Shown piece by piece: positions 8,461 to 19,341 of a stretch of 64,000 nt of DNA. The notes under the pieces are model-generated. The model was not told the DNA's origin. It ran no database searches and was given only the letters and a program-made list of their open reading frames with translations. The first letter of the stretch is position 1. Each line of letters opens with the position of its first letter. The position numbers and the translations under genes were made by a program. Origin of the DNA: Convolutriloba macropyga (Eukaryota); contig NC_134475.1 of assembly GCF_964194025.1 (NCBI RefSeq), positions 19,158,001-19,222,000 of the forward strand, read 5' to 3'.

Positions 8461-9989
8461 CTTGAAAACTAAACTTAATGGATCACCACAAAACTTTTAT
8501 ATAGTGAGATGCTAACTTGATTTTGTTTCAAGAATGTGTGATTTCAACTTTTTAAAAGCTGAATTTAACTTTTTAAATCTGTTTTATAGCTTTAAATCTG
8601 CTGAGTCAAAGAAATTAAAACATTGCTACTGATCAAGTTCGAACATGTTCAGAAAAGACTTTCATTATAACGTAAACATTTGTTTCCTAACAAACACTCA
8701 ATTATTACAACTACTATGACGTGGTGAGATTTTTCAATATTATATCCAGAAATACTTTTCCCAATCTGCAAAACTTTTGTTATTATTATATATATTAAAC
8801 ATAAAGTTTAGAGATATAGCCATATATGAGAGTATGCGGTATTGACGCTAATAACATGTTAACTCCATGCCACAGCTGTAGCATGGATTGAATTCCAAAT
8901 TCAATTCATAAGTCGAAGAACTGTTCAAAAAATAAAAAATAATCAAAGAAAATATTTCGAAAAAATGCATTTCAAACGTCAAATTTTGACACTTAATTCA
9001 GTAGATGCCCTCTTCAGCTTACACTAGAATCAACTCTCATTTGTTACTTGGGGATCAATTGAAAAAAAAGAGCATGTTAGTTTGAAAAAAAAACGAAAAA
9101 AACTCAAAAAAAAAATTTTTTTTAACACATGACCTCTGACCTTTGACCCCAAAAAAGAGGGTTCCAAAAAATACTTGGGATGAAACTGATTGTTCAGTAA
9201 GACTCAGCATACTCTAAAGTACAAAACATCTCATCACACTCGTCAAATTTTACTCATCCGTTATGGAGATAATTAGCCTCTAATTAGCGACTAATTAAGG
9301 GTTAATTAACCTAATTACTAATTACTGAAAAAAAATTCAAATTTTTGCAACGGTTTTGTACTCACTGCTTGATGCCCGACATTATTGCTCATAAGCATCA
9401 TCATCAAAAAACGGCTCCTTCACCGATTTTCGAAACATCTGGCAATTAATGTCACATTAACATCTGGCATTAATTAGCATATGAAGTACCCTAAGGAAAG
9501 ATGTTAGATTGGTTTTCTTTAAATTTTTGGACTTTTTGGGCCCTCAGTGTAAATTTATCTCATAACAGCTGTCATCAAAAAAGGCCTCAGAAAAAAGACA
9601 CATGTTTATGTCATGTAATTGTCATGTAATTGTTAATTAATGACTTGATTGACAGAAAAACAAACTTTTTTTCTGTTTATTTTTGAGCAATTTTTTTATA
9701 TGGGTCCTATGTTTTTCGGCACGGGGAGCATTTTTGCTCATCACACTTAAGAACGTAGGACAACTCTAACCATCCGTAATTGAAAATGCATAAAATAGCG
9801 CTTTTTATTACAATTTTGAATATTAGCATGTTTTTCCAGGTTCTCAAAAAAAGTTTTTTGACACAAACGATGATCAGCAATACTCGGTAGGGTTCCCTGT
9901 TGTGGTATATTTTGGCATACGATTGCAATGGAGAGTTGAAAACACATCTTTTTTCTCTCAAAAGTAACAAAATTTCGAAATAAAGGTAT

Positions 9990-10042
9990 GCGCCCAAACC
10001 GACCAATCAGAAAACAGCATTTCAAAACTTCGAATTTGGCGC
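9990..10042 (+). promoter_or_regulatory. Putative PolB promoter with E2F-like, CCAAT and CHR-like motifs
   Basis: GCGCCCAAA 9990-9998, CCAAT 10003-10007, TTCAAA 10021-10026 and TTTGGCGC 10035-10042, 120-170 bp upstream of the ATG. Motif match only. Confidence 0.35.
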
Positions 10043-10161
10043 CTATGCAGTACTGTAGTCTCTAATACTGTAAACCCGAGAAGCCATTTCTTGTTCATTC
10101 GTTTCTACTGTTCGTACTCGAGTTTAACAATTCGTTCTTACTAAAGTTAGACAATTCAAAA

Positions 10162-13100
10162 ATGGGTTTCCAGTGTCGTTATTGTGATTCTATTCTGAGT
10201 ACAAAAGGAAATCGCTCCAGGCATGAGCATAAATTCCATCCTGATGAGATTGGTTTACCCGTATATCAATGCTCATTATGTGAGTTTACTTGTCGGAAGA
10301 TTTCTTTGCTCGAAGAACACATGAAAACTGCACACCAACGATTCACCAATTGCTGTCAAAGCTGCCTACTCGGATTCAACGATTGCCATCTTTACGTACA
10401 GCATATGACTTCCGTTCATCACTTACCCGTCCTAGGTGAACAATTTCAGCCTCGAGACACTCCGTTGGAAAGTGCATTCCATGGAGTACTGAGATCGTTC
10501 GAGTCAACAGCGGCCGAAGAGTCCAATGATCTCGAAAACTTTATGCGGATACAAAAACCCAAAATAGACACTCTAATAAGTGAGCAGTTGACCCAGGGTC
10601 CTCAAAAAGTTCAACTGTGTGCAAAATTGCGGCTTGTCAAAGTTATGTATGATGAGCCAGATATGCCAGAAGATGACCGTATTGAAATATACGCAAACTC
10701 TCTGATGACTCCTGTTTATGCAAACGGACTGTTGGATGAAGCGTATTGGCAAATGGTGGAGAAGATGATGAGCGTATTGACAACATTCAACTCTTTGGGG
10801 AGTGGTTGGACACTCGAAAAAGTTCTCAAAGTTGACGTCAAATTCGCGCGTTTCAGACCAATTCATGGTTCATCATACATCGCGTTGCCGTCAAAAATTG
10901 CCAACTGCAGAGGATTGCTCAACGTTAGGAACCATGAAGATCGAGATTGCTTCAGGTATTGTTTTGTGGCCGCTTATCACATGTATCATCAGATAAGTTT
11001 AGATAGAATTGATCGAAACTATCAAACCGACAAAACTTCACCAACTACATACAATCAACCAGGACTGCATCAACCTCTGGGCGATTTTACTATGCCCATG
11101 GGCTTTGCAGACATTCCTCAATTTGAAACACTCAACAACGTTCAGGTAAACGTGTTTGGATACGATAACGGCCAGTTTTTCCCTCTAAAAATTTCGTCAT
11201 ACAGCTCAGATTTTGTAATGGATCTACTTTTGCTGTACGACTGTGACCGTCATCACTACGTCCTCATTACAAACCTGGTGAAGGTTGTTTGCTACGTGCG
11301 AGGACTTGATTACAGATTCTCCTACAAAGTTTGTCGAAACTGTTTTTTGATTTGTCGAGAAGGACTTGAAAGTTACAACCTACATCTCAATAACTGTTGC
11401 AAAAATGCACCTGCTGTTATTCATATGCCTTCAAGTGAGAACAACTCATACAAATTCACGAACTTGGCTGCTACATGGTTTGTCCCTCTTGTTATCTATT
11501 TTGACTTCGAGTCTTTCTTACGACCCGTGTCTTCTTGCAAGGGACCAAGTGATAAAGCCTTTACACAGGTCAAGGAGATACATGAACCGTGTGGCTTTGC
11601 GCTAACAGTGATAGATCACCACTCATCAAAGCCAATCTTTCATCATGTAGACAGTTCTCCTGCTTGCATGACAAATTTTGTCAAAATGCTTCACAAACTA
11701 GCCAGAGATATTCATCAGCAGAAAAGGAAGCACCCTTTCTTCAAAGGCGATAGACGAAACTTGGGAAAGTCTAACGCTACGCACTGTTGGATTTGTGAAA
11801 AATCGTTTTCAGAAACGGAAGATCCAGAGAACACAATTGACCTGGACCATTGCCACTACAGTGGTAAATTCTTGGGATGGGCACATGAGAAATGCAATCG
11901 CTTGAGACGAAATATCAATTTCACCCCTGTTGTGGGTCATAATATTCAAAATTATGACTTACATCACATTTGTTTGGCACTGAACAACTGCGAGCCAACC
12001 ACAACCATCAGCGTCATACCAGCCACCGACGAAAAATACATATCAATGACATTTGGTGTGCTTATTGACACTTTCGTAACGGAAAAGGGAAAAACAGTGA
12101 AAGTTTACGAATATCTTCGATTCATAGACTCCTTCAAGATGATGAACAGTTCTTTAGAGAAACTTGTTGAAATTTTACCCAATGACCGTTTCGAAATAAT
12201 GAGGGCAATGTTTTCTACATTATCTGATGCTAACCTTCAGCTACTTAAACAGAAAGGCTACTACCCTTACTCTTATGTGACTAGTCGGTCCAAGTTCAGT
12301 GACACCAGTCTCCCGCCACTGAGCAAGTGGGGTAACACTCTGGACGGAGGGGCAGTGAAGGTAACGGAGACTAATTTACAACATGCACGCAGGATGTGGG
12401 AAATTCTGGAATGTGGAACACTGCAGGATTATCATGACTCATACTTGAAGCTCGACTGTGCACTACTCGCATGTGTTTGCGAATTCCATCGACAGTTGAG
12501 TTTCGATACGTATAAACTGGACTGTATGCACTTCTTCACCCTACCCAATATGGCTAAGGAAGCATCACTTAGAATCTGCAAAGCCAATGTCGAGTTACTG
12601 ACTGAGCGCGAACACTTGGACATGATTGAACCCGCAATTCGCGGTGGAGTCACATCTGTCTTTGAAAGTCGGCGCTTCACTGCAAATAACTCCTATATTC
12701 CCAACCACGATAGCACGGAGGAATCCTGTTTTGGTTTCTGCGTCGACGCTAATAACCTTTATGGTGGCGTAATGCAATTAGAGAAACTACCGCTCGCCGA
12801 CTTTTCGTTCAACACAGATATTCAACTTCATGAGATTTTGGACACCGCCGATGACGCTAGCATTGGATACTTTGTAGAGGTCGATATCTCTTACCCGCCG
12901 AGCCTTCATGATGAGCATCGCGATTTTCCGTTGGCGCCCACAAAAGACGTGGTTGAAGATGAGTGGTTGAGCGATTACCAGATCGAATTAAAAGAACAAC
13001 ACAATCTCCCATCTTCCAAAGTAAAGAAACTCCTGCAAACGTTCTTTGATAAAGAGAGATATGTGGTCCACTACAAACTGCTGAAACTTTATGTCCAACT

Positions 13101-14504
13101 CGGCTTGGTAATCAGGAAAGTTCACAGAGTGCTTCAATTTCGACAAGAAAACTGGCTGTCGCCATACATTACACTAAATAGTGAAAAGCGGCAAGTTGTG
13201 TCAAACAAGTTTGAAGAGAACTTTTATAAACTGATGAATAATGCAGTTTATGGTAAAAACTGCGAATCGAAAAGACGCAGAAATAAAATAACAATCTCAC
13301 GAGATGCCGAGCATGCGCTGAAAATAATATCCAGATTTGAGTTTGATCGCTATATGATCTTTGGGGAGAATTTAGCAGCCTTGACCACACGACCAAAGTC
13401 CATTTATTGGAACACTCCAACTATTGTGGGAGCGACTATATTAGATCTTGCAAAATTCCACATGTACTCATTCCATTACAATGTCATGCGCCCCAACTTT
13501 AATTGTCGCCTTCTTTACAGCGATACAGATAGTCTCCTTTATGCGATAAAAAGCGACGATTTTTATACAGAGTTATCGCAGAAGCCTCAGTCAGTATTAA
13601 GTCATTTTGATTTCTCAAATTACCCACCCAATCACTTTCTTTACGATACCACTAACAAAAGAGTCGTCCTCAAATACAAGGACGAATTCGCCGGCGACTA
13701 TATTACTGACTTTATCTGTTTGAAGCCGAAGCTGTACTCCATCCTGTCAAAAAGTAAGTTTATTCTCTCATAAAACAAAATTGTTAGTTGTTGTATAAAA
13801 ATTCGTATTGGGTTAATAGGCATCTGGAAGGTGTTAAATCGTATTATATTTACATAGGGGGTTAGTAATTATAATAGCACCTAATTTTTCTCATTTCTTT
13901 CTTTCTTTTAGGTTGTCGAAAACTTTCAGCAAAAGGGGTGACGAGGGCCGCACAACAACATCTTCGCCACGTCGACTTCCTAAACACTCTCAGCACTGGA
14001 AACCACCTGCGCTCAGAGAACACCAGGATTGTGTCCGACCACCACAGGCTGCAGACAGTTACTACAAACAAAATTTGTCTGTCAGCTTTTGACAACAAGC
14101 GCTATATACTACCCGATGGCACAAAAACCCTCCCGTTTGGCCATTATGAAATTGTCGATTATGCTATCGATGAAATTGATTGGAATAACGACGATGTGGA
14201 ATGGGATTATGACGATTTTAGCGACTTACTTTTGAGCTCTAGCCCAGATTGGGATAACAGTTTTGTACCACATTCCTCTCCAGATACCACCCAAAGCTCC
14301 AACACATGGCAACCACCAGACCCCGGTTTTGTCGCTGCTCAGAATATAAATGATTCGGATATTGAAAGTAGCGATATCGTTGATTTCGATGCCAGTTTTG
14401 AAGAAAACTCTACGCCCGATAATCCGTTCATTAATTTTGAGGCAGAAGAAGCAAGTGAAAGCGAGTCAGAGGGCCCAGTGTGCAAAACTGCAAGGCGATA
14501 TTAG
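10162..14504 (+). CDS. Protein-primed family B DNA polymerase; exons 10162-13753 and 13912-14504 (about 1394 aa)
   Basis: ExoI YFDFES, ExoII HNIQNYD, ExoIII YLKLD, PolA DANNLYG, PolB KLMNNAVYGK, PolC YSDTDS. Splicing GTAAGT(13754)...TTTTAG(13911) joins LKPKLYSILSK-S-CRKLSAKGV in frame. Three N-terminal C2H2 fingers and an EndoVII-like insert. Confidence 0.95.
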
Positions 14505-14639
14505 TGTGCATAATTAAATTTAATTGCCCAGAGAGAGACACGCAAAACTGAACCAGTATTGATTTTGCATGCAGTGTGATATTTGGTTTTAATTTAATTT
14601 GTTTGAGTGTTTTGAAATCAAAAGCAAGCGGCGAGACAG

Positions 14640-14831
14640 AAGGCAAAGTTAAAGGGAAACAAAAGCGGCAAGACTCAAAAGGGAATGATTGAATAGGAGA
14701 GGGATATAAACAGCGGCGGAAAGATTTTATCCCGCCTATCCTATTCCCACTTAACCGCCACTACCTATTATCCTATGGTTAAGAGTCGAATGATAACCCC
14801 CCCTTTCTTTACGTAGGTATTATATACTACT
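14640..14831. repeat. Right terminal region/TIR of the Polinton; predicted 6-bp TSD GTGGTC at 14832-14837
   Basis: Ends in ACTACT. The inner TIR boundary cannot be set because the left TIR is outside the window. Confidence 0.65.
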
Positions 14832-15886
14832 GTGGTCTGTATGTAATAATCTCTAGTGCCGTCATTTCAAATCCCTTTTTGACTTTATATCACACGCACG
14901 GTTAAATGAAGGCAATGTTATCCCGCCGGTTGTCTTGGAGCAATTTGAGCGATTCTGTTTCACATTTTTATGCCAGCCGCACTTTGTTCAGAAACTTTTT
15001 GACTTTTTTGATGGCATCGTTTCAAGAAATTCTTATTTCAAAAAGTAAGAGATAATTTTTGTCCTATTTCAGCCCCCGATTTTTGACTATTTTTGGCATA
15101 CTTTGGCGATTTTCAGAAATTTTGTTTTTAATTAATTTTCCAAGATGGACTACTTCTATGAGATATCATTTTACCGTTAATTTTATTTTAATCTTATTCT
15201 AATAGTTGATATATTGTTTTGGCGGTTTTTTAAAAATGAACTTTATGCTACCTTAATATTTTCGGGCTATTTTAAAAATTGAGGATATCACAGAACCAAT
15301 TGTCTTATTTCATTTCAATGCTTTCTCTGAGCCTACAATTGAACAATCATTATTTCCTTAAGAGTTGCAGTTTCTGAAAAATAATTTATGATGAAATCTC
15401 CGACTAATTTGCAATTTTTTGAAACACATTTTTTCTCATTTTTAACATACTTTCGGAATTTTAATTTATTTATTTCATTAATAAACGTTGTCTTAATGTT
15501 CTCGGCATCCGAATTTGAGTTCACAAAGAAAGGAAATTTTAGTTTTTTAGCAATTTATAAGGAAACTTTTTTTCCATATATTAGACCAGTTTGGTTAATT
15601 AATTAATTTTGGATATTTTGCTTCCTCCTTTAGTCATCCACTCTTTTGGATTTCTCAAATTTAGGGAATGAGATGCATATCAGCTCAAAGTTTTAAAATC
15701 CAGAAGAAAATTTTCTTTCAGAATATTTAATTGGACAGCTTTGTGATATATGGCAGAAAAAAAGCGATATAAAGCAAAACAATTGTCTGTTTCGATTGAA
15801 ATACATAACTTTGAAATATCTAGAGACAAAAGGTTAATGCTGGATTTTTCAGTTCAATTTACCAACTGTAAGCTCAACTTTGATTT

Positions 15887-16222
15887 TTAATTACTCTTGA
15901 ACGAAGTTTATAGCAATTATTGTAAACGTGTTGGTCTTTTTTATGCAATTTTTTGCTTGACCTTTTTTGCGCTTTTCTAGAACATTCTTTGGCTTCTTTC
16001 GTTCTTCATTTTTGAGTGATCTCTATTCCTCTCACTCCGAAGTAAAGCTTGTTGCTAAAATAAAGTCGGTTGCAGCATAGCAACAAGAAGGGCCTGATGG
16101 CCTAGTGGGCAGTGCTTCTGGTTAGGGATCATGAGGTCCATGGTCTGAATCCCGGCGTGGTCAACTGTTTTTCCACCCGTCTGGCATTCGAGAGCAATTC
16201 TTCCGACATTTGTCAGTTTGTT
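15887..16222 (+). mobile_element. HINE-like family A copy with tRNA-like core
   Basis: 5' TAATTACTCTTGAACGAAGTTTATAGCAATTA; 3' TCGAGAGCAATT plus degenerate CCGAC hairpin; core TGGCCTAGTGG...GGTCTGAATCC. Confidence 0.7.
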
Positions 16223-17089
16223 TCGTCGTCGAAAAGAAAAAGGCTAATAGAAAGCCAAGTCCGTTTTGTTGATGGCCATACAAAAACTGGTTGCAAATAA
16301 AACGCTTTTTAGTTTCTCTTTTTGATGGATTAAAATAAACGTGATGTATTTTTCTTAAATTCAATATAATTGACGAAAAAATAATCACAACTCAGTGATA
16401 CTTTTTTATTGCGTAAAACTTCTTTGCTGTGCAGTTAAATTATTTTTTGGTTTGTCAAGTTGATAACAGAACGGGCTTGGTCTTATCCTTTGAATATTTT
16501 TATGCAATTTGATCTAAATGTTTGCATATTTAACATGATGATTCTGGACTCGTGTCACAGCTTGGTTTTCAAAAAAGTCCTCCAATGCTGTTAATAAAGT
16601 AACATCAGTAGCTTAAGTTGATGGTCGAAGCTCATTAGCAATTCAATTATTTTTTACTTGCTCTCAAACTAAGTTTGTAGCAATTATATTAGTCCAGTTG
16701 GTCTTTTTTGAGATTTTTCGCTTGATCAATTATTCGTCTGGCCCATTTGACTTGTCGTCCTTAGAACGGGATAAACAGGAAGCGGCCAGCCGGCTTCAAG
16801 TTTCATAGAGGCCCTCAGCCGCGTTTAGCAGTCCTTCAAGTGCTTAGTGTTATGAAGCTGCAGGGAAGGCCTTATTTTAAGATTAAAAGGTCATTTCTAG
16901 ATGTTTTTGAGCCCACAATGTTGCAATTTTTTGTGTTTTTCGTCCTTGTTTGAAGTTTTTGTTGGACCAGTCTATAATTGAGGCTGGTTAAAGTTGTTAA
17001 AGGTCTTTTTGCAACACATAAGTACTTTTTATGACCGTTTTAAGAGCTATATGTTTTCGTAATCCAAACAAAAACGCAAAACTAAATTG

Positions 17090-18260
17090 ATTTTAACCAT
17101 TTTTCAAGATTTTTGAAAGTTTTGACCTTTTTTTAGCCCTAGGTGTCAAGGAACGTCATCTATTAGATTACTGCTCAGTTTCTAGTGGAAATAGAATGTT
17201 TTTCAACATTTGTCACGAATTTTAGCATTTGTTTCTGACAAAACTTGCAATTTTCAATTATTTTTTTGACATTTATTGTCATTTTTCAAGTTTTTTCCAG
17301 ACACAGGGGCCAGAAAACCTCCTTAAGGTTTTGACAATAAGTTACTGAAAAATTTTTTAGTGGCTATGGAATAGTTTTCAACTTTTAAATATCACAATTT
17401 TCAGCATTTTTTTAAATAAAACTTATAATTTTCAGTTTTTGACATTTATTGTCATTCAGATTTTCTAGCCTCTGGGATCAAAAACCTCCCTTTAGGGTTT
17501 GACAATAAGTTACTGAAAAGGTTTTATTTGCTATGGAATAGTTTTCAACTTTTTATTATCACAAATTTCAGCATTTTTTTGATAGTTTACATTTTTCTGT
17601 TTTTTCTGACAGTTCTTGTCATTATTCAGATTTTGCAGCCTCAAGGGTCAGAAAACCTCCTATAGGTTTTGAAAAAAAGTTACTGGAAAATTTTTGTTGG
17701 CCGTGGAATAGTTTTGAACGTTTTAATATCACGAATTTTTGTTATTTTTGTAGAAAACTTGCAATTTTTTCAAGTTTTTTTTGTATGTTTTTGTAATTTT
17801 TTGTTTATCCAGCCGCAAGAGCCAAGGAACCTCATCTAGTGTTTGATAATAGGTTACTGCTTTGGTTCTAGATGTAATTGAATGTTTTCAAGATTTTAAT
17901 ATCAGGAATTTAAGCAATGTCTTTAAAAAATATTTGCAAATTTTTCTAGTTTGAATATTTGATTTTTTCGTTACCAGGGGCCCAGGGACCTCCTCCGTGG
18001 TTTGGCAATAAGCTGCTACATACTTTTTAGAGTTAAAGGAATGGTTATCAATTTTTTAATGACTCGATATTTCAGCAATTTTATGATAAAACTTGCAATT
18101 TTTTTTATCAATTTTTGAGAATATTTGTTATTTTTTATGTTTCTCCGGCCTCAAGAGTCAAGGAACCTTCTTTAGGGCTTGACAATGGGTTACTGCGTAA
18201 TTTTTTGATGTAATGGAAGGTTATTTAAGATTTTATTATCCCGAATTTAAGCATTTTTTT
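17090..18260. repeat. Diverged tandem satellite, about 7 units of 165-175 bp
   Basis: Recurring GCCTCAAGRGTCARGRAACCTCC...TTTGACAATAAGTTACTG...GGAATAGTTTTCAA...ATCAC-like block at about 17137, 17300, 17468, 17638, 17812, 17972 and 18148. Confidence 0.85.
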
Positions 18261-18330
18261 TAAATTAACAATGCTAGAAAACTAGAAGTTGCAGAGTCGA
18301 ATCTCATCATGGAAAATATTCCTAGAGCTC

Positions 18331-18336
18331 TGTCGC

Positions 18337-18373
<37 letters not shown>
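18331..18373. repeat. (TCGC)n(TC)n microsatellite
   Basis: Directly visible. Confidence 0.95.
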
Positions 18374-19341
18374 GTTGGGGCTGGGGTTTCTTTCCTTGTC
18401 TTTCTCGTTCACCTTTTATCTGTCGCACACTATATCGGTTTTTCCTTGACTCTTTTATTGATGCCGCACTTCAGCTGCTGTTATTTGGCGTGATGTCATC
18501 ATATTTTACCCTCACCTCACGCCCATTCAATTAAGCTAAAGCTAGCCTTACTAAACCGTGGCTATCTACTGACGAATCCAAGCTACTGATAAAGTCAGAA
18601 CAAATTAAATGGTCAAAACACAATAAACAAACAAAATACTTTTCGGGGTTAAAAAACAGTAAAGTTTTGACGATGTTACATAAATTAGAGCAATTTTGGT
18701 TTTGGAAGCATAAAGTCCAACGGTCGAGGGATTGTATGTGGACACCCGTTCACAATCTTGTTGTTCTTTCCGCGATTGTTTAAAGATTCTGCGCTGAAAA
18801 TTCGTTTTGTACAATTTTTGGGGCCTTACAAATCTTTGTGTTTCTTTGGAGCAGTATTGTGCTTCTCCTGAAACAGGCGACTATTAAGAGCAGTTATTGA
18901 CATTTTGTTCTGAAAAAGATTGATTTTCCCATTTCAAGTCTTTCAATTTTGATTATGAGTTCTCCAACGTACATATGTTGACAAAATTTTCAACCATCCT
19001 ATTGCTATATTCAGTAGTATGCTGCTTCTGGCTGAAGAACTACGTTTTTTAGCGCTCTCTTTGAATTAATTGTCTTTTTCTCGTGTTTTTGAGCCAATTA
19101 TTTTTGTCAGAAATGTTTTCGGCTGTTGTGCTTTTGCAAACTTATAGAAATTGATTTGTCAAGTCGACCGCAGTTATCATAATTCGATTATCATTTGAAA
19201 AAAACACAAACACGTGAATTGTAAATTCGGAGCCATGTAATTGGCAGACTCCAAAAGTTTGAGCGCTATATAAACTTTAGCGCGCATTTATCAGAGAAAA
19301 ATTTATGCGTGCACCAACAACAAATTTAATTTGAAATGTAA

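Larger units (their letters stand above)
1..14831 (+). mobile_element. Polinton/Maverick (adintovirus-like) endogenous virus; left end lies outside the window
   Basis: Co-located ATPase, DDE integrase, minor and major capsid, adenain-like protease and protein-primed PolB. Ends in ...TATATACTACT at 14831, the complement of the AGTAGT Polinton terminus; AT-rich host-like repeat DNA follows. Confidence 0.96.
16654..18585 (+). mobile_element. HINE-like family A copy expanded by internal satellite, 3' terminus lost
   Basis: Family A 5' end at about 16654. The block CAATTAAGCTAAAGCTAGCC...CCGTGGCTA at 18528-18580 also occurs in the 57871-58378 copy. Confidence 0.55.

Noticed and set aside
13754-13937. 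PolB truncated at 13773 plus a separate 188-aa gene at 13938
   Set aside because: Consensus splice signals join the two parts in frame and restore KxKGV.
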